Positions 11,801-22,531 of a stretch of DNA of 64,000 nucleotides are shown one piece after another (position 1 is the stretch's first letter; the number at the start of each line of letters is the position of its first letter). Below the pieces are notes generated by a model. That model did not search any database. It was not told the origin of the DNA and was given only the letters and a program-made list of their open reading frames with translations. This DNA is from Spirochaetota bacterium (lineage in GTDB: Bacteria > Spirochaetota > UBA4802 > UBA5550). Made by a program: the position numbers and the translations under genes. The stretch covers positions 1,056,001 through 1,120,000 of the forward strand of contig CAXXHB010000003.1 of the NCBI GenBank assembly GCA_963664815.2, given 5' to 3'.

Positions 11801-12676
11801 TCCGGTTTTGAAAACATGCTTCGTCATACTCTCTCTGAAAATGTTAATATTCAGATGAATCTTACCCCTTCAGCCTTTCTGATTATGGCCGATATCGGAC
11901 AGATTGAGCAGGTTATACTGAATCTGGCTATCAATGCCCAGGATGCAATGCCGGCCGGGGGTACTTTATTTATAATAACTTCATCTGAGGAGATTGATGA
12001 GTCTTATGCAAGAAGTCATGAAGATATAAAGGCCGGATCTTATGTTGTTATGGAGATTGCCGATACCGGAGAAGGTATTGATTTTGAGACCCGTAAGAGG
12101 ATATTTGAACCTTTTTTTACCACAAAGGGGGGGAGAGGTACAGGTCTGGGCCTTGCTACGGTTTACGGAATAATCAAACAGCATGGAGGGCATATTTCTG
12201 TCTACAGTGAACTGAATAAGGGTACCAGTTTCAGGGTTTATATTCCGTGCTACGAGGGTACAGTCCCTGCAAGCTCCCATGCGCCGGAAACTGAAATATC
12301 TGCAGATGGCCGGGAGACTCTTCTGGTGGTTGAGGATCAGGAACAGGTGCGTAAAATGACCATAAACCTTCTGGCAGACTGCGGGTATACAGTCATTGAG
12401 GCCATGGATGTCAAAACTGCACTGGAAATTGCCGGATCATACCGGAAGAATATTCAGATGCTGATCACAGATGTTGTGCTCCCCGACGGGAACGGGAAAG
12501 AGCTTTATAAAAGCCTTTTTGAAAAACGTATATGCTCCAGAGTACTATATATGTCGGGTTATCCCAGCGATATAATAAGTCACCACGGGATTCTTGAAAC
12601 AAATGTACATTTCATCCAGAAACCCTTCCAGATGGCTGCTTTTATTAAAAAAGTAAGGGAAGTGCTTGATGAGTGA
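8807..12676 (+). CDS. hybrid sensor kinase PocR-PAS(x3)-GAF-PAS-HisKA-HATPase-REC
   Basis: PocR N-terminus ([28 protein letters not shown]); [11 protein letters not shown]-box; [14 protein letters not shown]; C-terminal receiver (VVEDQ, ITDVVLP, KPF). Confidence 0.92.
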   Translation: MGNEEDNGGEFKFSELVDIEELRGLCESFSAITGMATAILDLEGNILVATEWQDLCTRFHRINPLTAGRCHESDTVLAGKLDKGETYNVYKCKNGLVDVAVPIMIDGRHLANFFTGQFFFDKPDREFFLRQAKEAGFDREGYMNALERVPVFSELRIKSAMDYFSRLARLFGEMGLSGKKLEKANKELRKQHEILRTKESDYRSVIDNIQDVFYRSDKSGNLIMVSPSALTLLGYESADELLGKPVADVFYYKPEERAEFLREIREKGRVTNYEVVLKTKSCNPVIVEVSSHIYFDDAGNYAGVEGLFRDITMRKRREKELREASEKRVELEFIINHSPAIAWLWRAVPGWPVEYVSDNLANFGYTPDDFISGRIRYESVIHPDDVQRLAEEIERYTGEGRSEFTQEYRVLTKAGDIRWIDDRTWIRRGVDGTITHYQGIVLDITERKRAEEALRSSEQNLKAIVDGSPIPQFVIDRNHKVTHWNRALEEYSGIRASDVIGTSRQWMAFYDHERPCLVDLLMDGSADSIVQWYEGKFNRSGLIENAYESTDFFPAMKNGKWLRFTAAPVYDNNGKIKSAVETLYDITDEKMGEELLRINAERLDTLLKINQMTDTADYEIMKYAFEEAIRLTQSEIGYLGLMNDDETEIDVQVWSHGVMPECGINDRNLHYQVSTSGLWREAIRQRKAVLNNDDNTPSPLYEESDEERLWIKRHMHVPVISGSKIVLLAGVANKYCEYDETDLRQMTLLMEGMWSIIERNRVYSELRESQRRLKDIIDFLPDATLVIDRNSRVIAWNRAMEDMTGIKGADMIGKGDYEYAVPFYGERRPILIDFVLEQDDNIEKKYTGIRKAGDILFAEAFTPALPGGGAYLSGATSVLRDSSGEIFAAIECIRDNTEHKKAEMERKKLEDQLIQAQKMEAVGRLAGGVAHDFNNMLTPIMGYAELIKKSLSKDDPRLNKLNEIIRASERSRDLVRQLLAFARKQTLEVKPVDLNTLISGFENMLRHTLSENVNIQMNLTPSAFLIMADIGQIEQVILNLAINAQDAMPAGGTLFIITSSEEIDESYARSHEDIKAGSYVVMEIADTGEGIDFETRKRIFEPFFTTKGGRGTGLGLATVYGIIKQHGGHISVYSELNKGTSFRVYIPCYEGTVPASSHAPETEISADGRETLLVVEDQEQVRKMTINLLADCGYTVIEAMDVKTALEIAGSYRKNIQMLITDVVLPDGNGKELYKSLFEKRICSRVLYMSGYPSDIISHHGILETNVHFIQKPFQMAAFIKKVREVLDE

Positions 12677-12724
12677 CCGGATATATAACAGGTAAATAAT
12701 CGTTATTTTTTAACAGGAAAAAGA

Positions 12725-15004
12725 ATGAAAGGCGGAAAACTTAATATCGGGATTATACCCACCCCATATGTCCGGAAATGGCAGGAGTCAGTGGATATAT
12801 TATCAGAAATCTCGAGCGCTCAATTGTCTGTATTGATGAGAGTTGATGGTGATTTTCTTGAAGTAATTGCAGCTAATGGTGCTGCTGCAGTTCCGGTGAA
12901 TACAGGATACCGGATTAATAAAATGCCGCGTTCGTTTTTTGAAAAGATAGCAGGTTCAGGAGAGCTTGTCTGTGCTGTAAATGATTCACAGGATGTAAAC
13001 AGCAAAGAGATGTCCGATCTGAACCTGGGGTTTGTCTCCTGCATCGGCATCCGGCTGGTTCTCCCTGATGATGAACTCTTCGGACTTCTCTGTGTACTGT
13101 ATAATGATGAGATATCTTTTAACAGCAGCATCGGGAAAATTATTTCAGGATTGAGACGGATTATTGAAATTGATCTCAGAATATATATACATGATTCTCT
13201 TATAAATGATGACCTGAAAAGCAGGGAGTTCCGTTTCGAGGAGAGGTTCAGGCAGATCGCTGAAAATATCACAGAGGTATTCTGGATAGTATCCTCAGAC
13301 TGGAATGAAATGATATACGTCAGCCCTGCATACGAGGAGATATGGGGCAAGAGCTGCAGGAGTTTATATGAAGATCCACGTTCGTGGCTTGATTCAGTGG
13401 CTGCTGATGACCGCGAATCTGTACTTTCGGCCATACGTGACAAGGCATCGGGAGATATAACGGATCCCGGGTTTCCGGAGTACCGGATAATCCGCCCTGA
13501 TGGCAGCATCAGGTGGATTTACGCCAGGGCTTTTCCCGTAAGAAACGCTGAAGGTGAAACATACAGGATGGCGGGGATTGCCGAGGATATAACCGGACGC
13601 AAGAATATTGAACTTGAACTGAAACTCAAGGAGAATGCCCTTGATTCATCGCTCAGCGGTATAGGGATATCTGATATGAAAGGGAAGATCGTTTATGTCA
13701 ATCCTTCAATGGTTAAAATGTGGGGATATGATTCGGCTGATGAGATAAAGGGGAGGATAGCGGCTGAATTCTGGGAAAAACCTGACATGGCTGTTCAGGT
13801 AAACCGTGACATCCTTAAAAATGAAATTTATTCCGGACTCCTCTCGGCATTAAGGAAAGACGGTTCCGTTTTTATGTCCCGTTTTTTTGCAACTATGCTC
13901 AAGGGGAAAGATGGAAGGGCAATGTATCTTATGGGATCATTTCTCAATGTAACCGAAGAGCTGAAATCGGAACAGATTTTAATGGACAGCGAAGCCAGGC
14001 TTAAAGAGGCGCAGGAGATTGCCAACCTGGGGTACTGGGATTATGACATTAAAAATGACCGCCTCACATGGTCGGACGAAATGTACAGGATATTCAACCT
14101 TGAGCCCGGATCTGTAGTGCCTACATATGAAGCCTTTCTTGACAATGTACATCCGGACGAAAGGGAGTTTGTCAACCAGATATATACCGGATTCATCTAC
14201 AGCAGAATACCTTATGATATAGTACACAGGTTTGATCTGAAAGATGGTACAGTGAAGTATGTTAATGAAAGATGCAGAATTGAATGTGACAGCAAAGGGA
14301 AGGCTGTCCGGTCATTCGGCACTGTTCTTGACATTACAGGGAGGATTGAGTCTGAAAATCAGCTGAAGGATGCACTTAAAGAAAAGGAGGCCCTGATTCA
14401 TGAAATATACCACAGAACCAGGAATAATATGCAGATTATCTGCGGCCTCATGGAACTGAAGGCATCATATCTTGGAAACAGTGAACTTGCCGAACAGTGC
14501 ATGGAGATTGAGAACAGAATTATGTTCATGGCTCTTGCCCATGAAAAGCTCAGCCGGTCGGGTAATCTATCAAAAATAGATTTCAGGGAATATATTGAGG
14601 AGCTGGTGGAGCTACTTCTGAAAAGATACAGAGTCTCAGATGAACGTATAACGGTTTCAATAGATGTGGAAAACATCAACCTCCTTATTGATTATGCTGT
14701 TCCATGCGGGCTGATACTTGGCGAGCTTTTATCCAATTCATTCAAACATGCCTTCCCGGGGGGGAGGAGAGGGAATGTCTCTGTAAAATGCTTCAGAACC
14801 GGAGAATATATAGAGATACATTCGGGGGATGACGGCTGCGGACTTCCCGTGTCATTTGACATTAATAATGCGGACAGCTTCGGATTGATGATAATGAAAA
14901 ATATAGTCATAAGCCAGCTCAGGGGGATTGTGGAGTGTAAAAACGAAAGCGGAGTCTCTTGGCGTATAGTTTTCAACGATAATAAATATTACGAGCGTGT
15001 ATGA
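12725..15004 (+). CDS. GAF-PAS(x3) HisKA_2-type sensor kinase
   Basis: PAS/PAC repeats; EIYHRTRNNMQ H-box; ELLSNSFKHAF; DDGCG. Confidence 0.88.
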   Translation: MKGGKLNIGIIPTPYVRKWQESVDILSEISSAQLSVLMRVDGDFLEVIAANGAAAVPVNTGYRINKMPRSFFEKIAGSGELVCAVNDSQDVNSKEMSDLNLGFVSCIGIRLVLPDDELFGLLCVLYNDEISFNSSIGKIISGLRRIIEIDLRIYIHDSLINDDLKSREFRFEERFRQIAENITEVFWIVSSDWNEMIYVSPAYEEIWGKSCRSLYEDPRSWLDSVAADDRESVLSAIRDKASGDITDPGFPEYRIIRPDGSIRWIYARAFPVRNAEGETYRMAGIAEDITGRKNIELELKLKENALDSSLSGIGISDMKGKIVYVNPSMVKMWGYDSADEIKGRIAAEFWEKPDMAVQVNRDILKNEIYSGLLSALRKDGSVFMSRFFATMLKGKDGRAMYLMGSFLNVTEELKSEQILMDSEARLKEAQEIANLGYWDYDIKNDRLTWSDEMYRIFNLEPGSVVPTYEAFLDNVHPDEREFVNQIYTGFIYSRIPYDIVHRFDLKDGTVKYVNERCRIECDSKGKAVRSFGTVLDITGRIESENQLKDALKEKEALIHEIYHRTRNNMQIICGLMELKASYLGNSELAEQCMEIENRIMFMALAHEKLSRSGNLSKIDFREYIEELVELLLKRYRVSDERITVSIDVENINLLIDYAVPCGLILGELLSNSFKHAFPGGRRGNVSVKCFRTGEYIEIHSGDDGCGLPVSFDINNADSFGLMIMKNIVISQLRGIVECKNESGVSWRIVFNDNKYYERV

Positions 15005-15378
15005 CAAAAGCGGATAAAATCAGGCTGATGATAGTTGAGGATGAAATCATTACCGCAATGCTTATCAGAAAGAGAATGACAGGCATCGGACTTGATGTCT
15101 GCGGCATAGCCGCATCCGGTGAAGAGGCCGTGCTGATGGCCGATCTTCACAGACCGGATCTGATAATGATGGACATCAGACTCTCCGGTATAATTGACGG
15201 CATTGAGGCGGCATGGAGAATTGTACAGTCTATGGAGTCAAAAATTGTATTCGTTACAGGATATATCAATGAAGACATTCAGAATGAAGTAAAAAAAATA
15301 AATCCGCTGGCCTTCCTGACAAAACCTGTGAATTTTGACGAATTGATTGAAATTATAAAGCGTGAGTTTTCTCTTTGA
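15001..15378 (+). CDS. single-domain response regulator
   Basis: IVEDE, MMDIRL, VTG and TKP receiver motifs; ATGA overlap with the upstream kinase. Confidence 0.9.
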   Translation: MTKADKIRLMIVEDEIITAMLIRKRMTGIGLDVCGIAASGEEAVLMADLHRPDLIMMDIRLSGIIDGIEAAWRIVQSMESKIVFVTGYINEDIQNEVKKINPLAFLTKPVNFDELIEIIKREFSL

Positions 15379-15409
15379 CGCTGTTTCCGACACATTAAGA
15401 AAATCCGCA

Positions 15410-18400
15410 TTATCCGGCGGATTTCCTTAATGCGGATTTTTTAGCTCCGGGTTTAGTCTTAACCTTTTCTGCCGTTTCAGTCGCCGGTTCATCCGGATCA
15501 GTTTCATCCGAAAGTGTGTCAGGTTTCTTTTTTATTCTGAATCTGCTTTCTATAAACTCCCTGAACATGTCGATGTATTCAAATGTAGCAGGTACTACCG
15601 CCAGCGTAATTACTGTTGAAACAAGAAGACCTCCGAGAATTGCAACACCCATCGACTGCTTTATCTGGGCCCCTTCACCGAGACCCAAAGCAAGGGGGAG
15701 CATGCCGGCCATCATGGCGAATGTTGTCATAAGAATCGGACGCAGCCTTTTAAGCCCGGCATCCATAATTGCCTTCTTCCTCTCAACTCCCGATCGTACC
15801 CCCTCCAGGGCAAAGTCAACAAGGAGTATTGAGTTCTTGGTGACAAGCCCCATGAGCATTACCATCCCTATCATGCTGAACATGTCAAGAGTAAACCCGG
15901 TTACAAGCAGTGAGATTAACGCACCGGTCATGGCGGGTGGAATTGCAAGGAGTATGGTAAAGGGTGTAATAAACGATTCGTAAAGGCTTGCAAGCACCAG
16001 AAAGATAAATATAAACGAGAGGGTGAAAGCAACTTTTATTCCCGAGAGAAGCTCTCCGAAGCTCTCTGATTCCCCTATAAAACTGTATGTAACACCGTTG
16101 GGGAGAGGATATTTCTCTTTAATCAGTTTTTCAGTCAGGTTCATTGCATTACCGACGGCGCCCTTTGCCGAGAGGTTTGCAGTTATTGCTATTACGTACG
16201 CCCTGTCCTGGCGGCTTATTTTTGATTTGCCGGTTGTGCTGTTGAAATCCGCTATGGCAGTCAGGGGAACCATCATGTTATGCATATTAGGTATTTTTGT
16301 CGATTTATAGGTGTATCTCAGATCTCTCTGGTCAGGTCTGAGCCTTGCCCTGATGTCGTATTCAAGACCGCCGTCTGTAAGTTTGCCGACTACTGCGCCG
16401 GCTACATCATACCTCAGTTCCATCCCCGCAACACCAGGTATTACACCGAGTTCTTTCATCTTGAACTGATTCATTTTAACCTGAAATTCCGCTTTACCGG
16501 TTTCATAACTCGATTCAACCTCGGTCAGGTCTGGTATTTTCTGCAGATCCTTTAACATGTCTGTTGAGTATTTTTCTATCTGTTCAAGATTATTCCCCTT
16601 TATGGCGAGAATGTACGGCTTGTCATCAATTGATGAGATTTTAATCCTGTCAACGGCAGGTCTGGCGTATTGAAAATCTGCAAGAAATTTCCTGGTTTCG
16701 GTCTTGTTCCACTCTGTATTGTTCTTTCTCATCTCAACCGGCAGGAGAAAACAGTCAATTTTTCCCTGTTCAGGTTCCCCCTGGTCGCCCCCTATCGTTA
16801 CCGACATATAGTCAAGATCCTGAAGCGTTTTAATCCTGGTCTCAATTTGGCTTATTACCTCCTGCGTACCCTGGAGACTTGTGCCGTTGGGAAGTTTTAT
16901 GGAAATAGTATACATTCCATCATCCCCTTCAGAAACAAATCCCTGTTTAATAAAAGCCATTAAACCAAGGCTGCTTATGAAAACGAGTGTTGTAATTATT
17001 ATAATTGTGAGAGGTTTGGTGAGGCAGAAGTTCATTATAACAAGATATTTCTCTTCAAGGTATTTCTGGAACTTCTCGAAATTTCTGACCAGAATATTTT
17101 TAGCCTTTTCACCCGAGCCTGCGAAGTAGGCGCTGAGGAAAGGGGCGACTGTAAGTGCGTCGAAGAGACTCACCGCCATTGCGAATACTACGGTAAATCC
17201 GAACTGTTTGAAAAACCTTCCAACTATACCCTGGAGGAATGCAATGGGGATAAATACAGACATGATTGTAAGGGTTGTGGCTATAACGGCAAGCATAACC
17301 TCTTTCGTCCCCTTTTCAGCCGCCTCGTCCGGAGGGAGACCGCCTTCAAGTTTCCGGAATATATTCTCCCTGACAACGATGGCGTCATCGACAAGAAGAC
17401 CGACGGTAAGAGAAAGTGCCAGCAGCGTAATCATATTTATCGTGAAGCCCATGTAGTACATTATTATAAATGCGCCGATGAGCGAATTAGGTATGGCAAC
17501 ACCTGTAATAATTGTGGAGCGTATGTTTCCCAGAAAGAGATAAACAACGAATATGGCAAGAATTATCCCGAGTATAATATCCCGTGATGTTTCGTCAACG
17601 TTTATCCTTATCCAGTGGGATGTGTCAAGAACTGTAATGAGTTTCGGAACGCCTTTGTAATCCTTAAGCATGGTGTTTACATCGCCCAGACTTTTGTATA
17701 CTTCATCGACGACCTTTACAGTGTTTGCTCCCGACCGTTTCTGAATGTCAAGGAAGATACATGATCTTGTGGTTCTTGCCGGATTGGCTTCATTTTTCTT
17801 CTTTTTGTACTTGGCCCCCTTCTCATAGGGGTAGTAGAGGTAAGTGATGTTCTTGATATCTTCATTGCCGTCCCTTACTGTTCCAAGGTCTTTAAGCGCA
17901 ATCCCGCTTCCCATGTCACCTGAAAATGAAATGAGGCTGTTTTCAATCTGGGAAAGCTTTGTAAACTCCCCGATTGCCCTGAAGTTTGTTTCGGTGCTTC
18001 CATGTTCTCTCTTTCCGATCGGGATATTTGAACCTGATCCCTTCATGTTGTGGACAACTGAAGTGGTGGAAAGCCTGAACTCGTTAAGTTTATCCTGATT
18101 CAGTTCAACCTGTATTTCACGCCTTGTGCCTCCAAGGAGCTTTACGTCGCCGACGCCCTCTATGCGGACAAGCCTCGGTTTCAGCACCTCTTTGGCGATA
18201 TCATAAATATCGGAAGGGGAGAGGTCGGCAACAAGTCCCATCCTGAGAATTGGCGAATCGGAGGGGTCAAGCTGTTGTACAAGCGGTTCGTCTATATCAT
18301 CGGGGAGTTTATTCTTGGCAATGTTTATCTTTCCACGAACTGTCTGGTCAGCCTGCCTTAAATCGGTATCAAGCATAAATTCAATTGTTATAATGGATAT

Positions 18401-18661
18401 TCCCTCAAGGTTTGTCGAGTATATATGCCTTATCCCTTCAACTGCACCGAGTTCCTCCTCAAGAGGCTTGGTTATCAGTTTCTCAATCTCCTCTGGTGCG
18501 GCACCGGGATACACGGTAGATATGGAGAGCATTGGAAAGTTAATTTCCGGGAAAAGATCAACTCCGAGCCTGTTCAATGAAATGACGCCGAAGGTCAGCA
18601 TTGACAGCACTATACATGAGATAAGAATAGGGCGTTTTATGGAAAGCTTTGCTATGTTCAT
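15410..18661 (-). CDS. RND efflux permease, AcrB/AcrD/AcrF family
   Basis: GLLVDDAIVVRENI, GLVTKNSILLVDF and RLRPILMTT motifs; two large periplasmic domains. Confidence 0.95.
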   Translation of the reverse strand: MNIAKLSIKRPILISCIVLSMLTFGVISLNRLGVDLFPEINFPMLSISTVYPGAAPEEIEKLITKPLEEELGAVEGIRHIYSTNLEGISIITIEFMLDTDLRQADQTVRGKINIAKNKLPDDIDEPLVQQLDPSDSPILRMGLVADLSPSDIYDIAKEVLKPRLVRIEGVGDVKLLGGTRREIQVELNQDKLNEFRLSTTSVVHNMKGSGSNIPIGKREHGSTETNFRAIGEFTKLSQIENSLISFSGDMGSGIALKDLGTVRDGNEDIKNITYLYYPYEKGAKYKKKKNEANPARTTRSCIFLDIQKRSGANTVKVVDEVYKSLGDVNTMLKDYKGVPKLITVLDTSHWIRINVDETSRDIILGIILAIFVVYLFLGNIRSTIITGVAIPNSLIGAFIIMYYMGFTINMITLLALSLTVGLLVDDAIVVRENIFRKLEGGLPPDEAAEKGTKEVMLAVIATTLTIMSVFIPIAFLQGIVGRFFKQFGFTVVFAMAVSLFDALTVAPFLSAYFAGSGEKAKNILVRNFEKFQKYLEEKYLVIMNFCLTKPLTIIIITTLVFISSLGLMAFIKQGFVSEGDDGMYTISIKLPNGTSLQGTQEVISQIETRIKTLQDLDYMSVTIGGDQGEPEQGKIDCFLLPVEMRKNNTEWNKTETRKFLADFQYARPAVDRIKISSIDDKPYILAIKGNNLEQIEKYSTDMLKDLQKIPDLTEVESSYETGKAEFQVKMNQFKMKELGVIPGVAGMELRYDVAGAVVGKLTDGGLEYDIRARLRPDQRDLRYTYKSTKIPNMHNMMVPLTAIADFNSTTGKSKISRQDRAYVIAITANLSAKGAVGNAMNLTEKLIKEKYPLPNGVTYSFIGESESFGELLSGIKVAFTLSFIFIFLVLASLYESFITPFTILLAIPPAMTGALISLLVTGFTLDMFSMIGMVMLMGLVTKNSILLVDFALEGVRSGVERKKAIMDAGLKRLRPILMTTFAMMAGMLPLALGLGEGAQIKQSMGVAILGGLLVSTVITLAVVPATFEYIDMFREFIESRFRIKKKPDTLSDETDPDEPATETAEKVKTKPGAKKSALRKSAG

Positions 18662-18742
18662 ATAGTGGTTCCTTTTTAAAATAATCAGAATTGCAACTTT
18701 TTTATTAAGGCAGTTAGGGACAAATTACTCTTAACTATATAA

Positions 18743-18785
18743 TTTAATTAACTGGTTAATTAAAATTCTGGTTTAAATCTGTCAA
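18743..18785 (-). promoter_or_regulatory. promoter and palindromic operator of the RND gene
   Basis: Perfect IR TTTAATTAAC-tg-GTTAATTAAA (18743-18764); minus-strand TTGACA at 18780-18785. Confidence 0.55.
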
Positions 18786-18896
18786 TAATTTTTCACTGTT
18801 ATTCAGTTTATGGAGCTGATTTTCTGATAAATCTGTAAAAAAACTGATAAAAAAACGATATGAATGAAATTCTGTGGATTCAATGGAGATTAATGA

Positions 18897-20240
18897 CTAG
18901 AATACCTTCTTTATTACCATGAGTGTAATATCATCGTCCTGCCCTGCCTTGTATGAGTCTATATCATCAAGCATGGCGAGAATTATTTCGTTTATGGGGA
19001 GTGAGCTGTGCAATCTGAAAGATTGTATTACGCGTTCATCCCCATAAAGTTCCCCTTTGCTGTCCACAGCCTCTGAAGCGCCGTCAGTATATAAAAGTAT
19101 AAGATCACCAGCACTGATCTCTATTTCATGATCTTTCATAAAATGATCAATATTATCTGCTATTCCTATCCATGTGCCTGAGGTGGGGATAATATCGATG
19201 TTGCCGGAACTCCTCATAATTACAACATCCTGGTGTTTCCCGGCAACTGTCAGTTTACTCTCTTCCAGTTTCAGAGCTATTATTGTCATGTATCTTTTCA
19301 TGTTAAGGCGGAGAATGTTTTTTCTTATTACGGAATTTATAGCACTGAGCATTCTGGAGGGGGCGTAACCCGAAGTGCGGTTAAGAATTGAAAATATGCT
19401 TGTCTGAGTCATCATCATTATGAGCCCGGAATCCACACCGTGACCCGATACATCCCCTATGGTAACCCATTTTTCCCCGGAATCGGTCTCAAAAAAATCG
19501 TAATAATCACCCCCGACTTCATCGGCAGGTTTCATTACAGCCGCAACCTGGTATTCTCCAAGGCGTCCGTTTCCCGGAAGAAGTGAAGTCTGTATTTTTT
19601 TTGCGAGTTTCATCTCTCCCCATAATGCATCTCTTGCTTTACGGAGTTCTGTCCGCAGAAAAAATTCCTGTTTAATAAGTTTATGCCTCACATAATTTAT
19701 GCTTACCGCTATGATAACTGTTCCATTCATAAAGTAAAGATTATTGATCAGATTCTCTGCTCTGAAAGGGTGGGGGAAAATAAGATTTATTACGACATAA
19801 AACATGACAAGCATAAAGCCATTTATGGCTGAATGGTAAGCCTCCCAGGGGAGCAGCAGGTTTACCCCTATAATCACAAGATTTATTCCTGCATAATAAC
19901 TTGAGTCAAATCCGCCGAGGTTCACTGTCATGATGGCAATAACACCCCCTACAACAAGGGACACCAGATAACCGTGTAAATGTGAAAATGTTCCCGGTGA
20001 GGTTTTTTTAATAATAAAATACTGGATAACCGGGATAGCGGTTGCAGTTATTCTGTACAGGGCAAACCGGGGAAGCAGATCCGCCGGCATTGTAAAATAG
20101 TCAAGTATAAAGAAGAGGGGGACAAGTACAAAGGCAAGCGCAGTAAGTGTAAGCGACCATTCATGAATAATTTTATGGAGGTACTCATTAATTGTAAAAT
20201 CTGTTGCTCTTGAAAGGTTTTTCCAGGTTCTTACGGTCAT
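18897..20240 (-). CDS. membrane sensor (about 6 TM, PhcS-like YYAG motif) fused to SpoIIE/PP2C phosphatase
   Basis: N-terminal TM domain with LDY, SSYYAGINLV..LLPW and NNLYF; C-terminal EVGGDYYD, GDVSGHG, LYTDG and QDDDITL PP2C motifs. Confidence 0.9.
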   Translation of the reverse strand: MTVRTWKNLSRATDFTINEYLHKIIHEWSLTLTALAFVLVPLFFILDYFTMPADLLPRFALYRITATAIPVIQYFIIKKTSPGTFSHLHGYLVSLVVGGVIAIMTVNLGGFDSSYYAGINLVIIGVNLLLPWEAYHSAINGFMLVMFYVVINLIFPHPFRAENLINNLYFMNGTVIIAVSINYVRHKLIKQEFFLRTELRKARDALWGEMKLAKKIQTSLLPGNGRLGEYQVAAVMKPADEVGGDYYDFFETDSGEKWVTIGDVSGHGVDSGLIMMMTQTSIFSILNRTSGYAPSRMLSAINSVIRKNILRLNMKRYMTIIALKLEESKLTVAGKHQDVVIMRSSGNIDIIPTSGTWIGIADNIDHFMKDHEIEISAGDLILLYTDGASEAVDSKGELYGDERVIQSFRLHSSLPINEIILAMLDDIDSYKAGQDDDITLMVIKKVF

Positions 20241-20252
20241 ATTATTAATTAC

Positions 20253-21644
20253 CTATTGTCTGGTTGCGGTAAGAAACATCTGGGTTCCGGTGTCCTCAAA
20301 TATTATTGTTAAATCCCTGGCATCCGTATCCTTAAGAAGGGCCGCAAATTCATCCTCTGTCCGGTAGTAAAGAACCCAGTCATGCCAGTACTCCAGGAAC
20401 CAGCGGCTCCGGTTTTTAAAGTGGTAATTCCCTACCAGCAGCCTGCCCCCCGGTTCAAGCAGCGAATACATCTTCTCTATAACAGCCTTGGCAACGGGCG
20501 GTGTCAGGTAATCAAAGAGCCCCATTGAATAGATGCAGTTGAATCTGCCCCATGTGTCTGAAAGGTTTTTTGTACGAACCATAGTTCTCACGGAGTCTCT
20601 GATATACTGTACATTTATTTTATAACCGATTCTTTTTTCTATAGCCTGGATGTTCTCCGATGCTTCGTTTATGGCTTCAGCATCCTGATCCAGCAGAGTG
20701 CAGTGGAAAATCTCTGCATCACTTTCGCCGGAAAAAATATCATTCAGCTCATAAGCAGGGCCGCATGCAACTGACATGAATCTGAAAGGGGTGTTTTGCA
20801 CGCCGTAAATCTCATCCCTGATGGTTCTGATAAGTTTCGGAATCATGATTCTCCTGTTTCTCACGGCCTGCGCTGCGGGATGCTCAAGTGAAAATTTGTA
20901 GAGGATTTTGGAGAAAATACTGTCGCCTCTGTATTCGTTTTCATAGATCATTCTCATGGTTTCTGAATCGCCAATATATCCCCTCGGCTTGATATTGGTA
21001 CGTGTCATGAATTCCGAGCAGAGTATTATATCCCATACCTGCTTCCTCAGGTAAAATCCATGTATCTCGTGTTCTTCGTGTGTGTAATTGCTTATCACTC
21101 TTTCCAGATCTTCAAGATATGCAGCAAAGAAATCCATAAACCTTCTCCCTTCGGTGCTGATGACTGCCTGAATAACAGGTTCTTTTACAGAATCCGGTTC
21201 CGGTTTGATTGTGCTGTCGAGTTCGTCAAAAAACTGTTTATAGACCTTTAAATCGTAGGTAAGCATGGATACGTAGTTTTTGAAATCATCCCTCACTCTG
21301 TCTTTGTGGTTGAGTATAAGGGCAAGATTTTTTGAAAGCTCATCCGGGTTGATGAAGTCTTTATTACTGAAGAGAATATCAAAATTATATAAATCGTCAA
21401 TAAAAACAAGGCGTCCATTGATACCGCAGATATCTGTCTCAGATAAAAACCGGCAGTTTCCCAGTTCATAATTTTTGCTGTCAACAGATATTGAAAGGGA
21501 TGAGAACTCTTCACCATCCCGTATGGACTGGCAGTTCTCAAATTTTATGAATATGGAATACCTGGAGGCGTAATGTATTTCCACAGGTATGGATATATTG
21601 TCAGACTTCAGTATTCCGTTAAATGTATTATTATTTTTTTCCAT
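20253..21644 (-). CDS. PhcB-like class I SAM-dependent methyltransferase
   Basis: KPRGYIGD, AQAVRNR, SVACGPAYE (SAM-binding motif I), LLDQD, YSMGLFDYL, LEPGGRLLVGN and DWVLYYR. Confidence 0.8.
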   Translation of the reverse strand: MEKNNNTFNGILKSDNISIPVEIHYASRYSIFIKFENCQSIRDGEEFSSLSISVDSKNYELGNCRFLSETDICGINGRLVFIDDLYNFDILFSNKDFINPDELSKNLALILNHKDRVRDDFKNYVSMLTYDLKVYKQFFDELDSTIKPEPDSVKEPVIQAVISTEGRRFMDFFAAYLEDLERVISNYTHEEHEIHGFYLRKQVWDIILCSEFMTRTNIKPRGYIGDSETMRMIYENEYRGDSIFSKILYKFSLEHPAAQAVRNRRIMIPKLIRTIRDEIYGVQNTPFRFMSVACGPAYELNDIFSGESDAEIFHCTLLDQDAEAINEASENIQAIEKRIGYKINVQYIRDSVRTMVRTKNLSDTWGRFNCIYSMGLFDYLTPPVAKAVIEKMYSLLEPGGRLLVGNYHFKNRSRWFLEYWHDWVLYYRTEDEFAALLKDTDARDLTIIFEDTGTQMFLTATRQ

Positions 21645-21649
21645 TCAGG

Positions 21650-22021
21650 TCACTTCCCGGTGATTTCAATTCTGCGATCCCTGGTTTCAAAAATTTTTAA
21701 TGCTGAAAAACTGAGATCCTGCCATTTCTTCGACTTTTTATATTGTATTGAAACTGAACTGTTCATATCATTGGCTTTTTCCACTGTCCTGATTACAGGA
21801 GTAATTGTGGATGAGTTCATATATTCAAGCTCCAGGAAATTCAGAATAACCATCTTGCCGAACTTTATGCTGTTGTTTAACGACTCTGTGAGAATGGGGG
21901 ATATGAAATCTGACGGATCGCGCTCGGTGCTTTTCCCTTTAAACCTGATGTTTATTTCGGTTTGCGTTTCTTCCACCTCAATTGTAAGCATACTGCTGGT
22001 AAAAGTTTCAACATGTGACAT
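21650..22021 (-). CDS. SiaC/DUF1987-like STAS-fold anti-anti-sigma protein
   Basis: GKSTERDP..FISPIL and LNFLELEYMNSST, comparable to the SiaC Y-x-N-T-S-S phosphosite region. Confidence 0.7.
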   Translation of the reverse strand: MSHVETFTSSMLTIEVEETQTEINIRFKGKSTERDPSDFISPILTESLNNSIKFGKMVILNFLELEYMNSSTITPVIRTVEKANDMNSSVSIQYKKSKKWQDLSFSALKIFETRDRRIEITGK

Positions 22022-22531
22022 TTATAACCTCCCCGGCTCTGACAGATGATAAACAGCTGAAACAGATATTATATTATTATCATTCACAAAAAAGTCTATT
22101 ACCGACTGTCCTTCATAGGCAATGCGGACAATCCCCAGACCGCTCTGTGTGTCATCTAACGGCTGGCGGGAGATCTCCTTAATCTTTTCAACATATGCCT
22201 CAAAGGGATTCTGGTATCCGCGTACCCACTGAATTATTTTATCCAGACGATTGAAGTGCATGTCGTCTCCATCTTTAACAGGACTTTTCACCTCTACAGT
22301 TATATCTCTCTCAGATATGGTTATTGCAGCGATAATCTCGTCTATGTTGTTTTCGAAATTCCCGTATTTGATGGCATTTTCAAGAAGTTCGCTTATGTTC
22401 ATAATGATCGCGTTTTTCACATTCTCGTCAAGTCTGTCTGAATTCAGAAAACCCTCAGCCTTAACGCGAACTTCTTCTATATTGTCCCATTCCGGTTTAA
22501 TACTCACCACAATCTTTTTATTCATAAACAT
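22022..22531 (-). CDS. RsbW/SiaB-like GHKL Ser/Thr kinase (start probably 22525)
   Basis: SELLENAIKYG N-box and SGLGIVRI G-box; small stand-alone HATPase with no His box. Confidence 0.8.
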   Translation of the reverse strand: MFMNKKIVVSIKPEWDNIEEVRVKAEGFLNSDRLDENVKNAIIMNISELLENAIKYGNFENNIDEIIAAITISERDITVEVKSPVKDGDDMHFNRLDKIIQWVRGYQNPFEAYVEKIKEISRQPLDDTQSGLGIVRIAYEGQSVIDFFVNDNNIISVSAVYHLSEPGRL

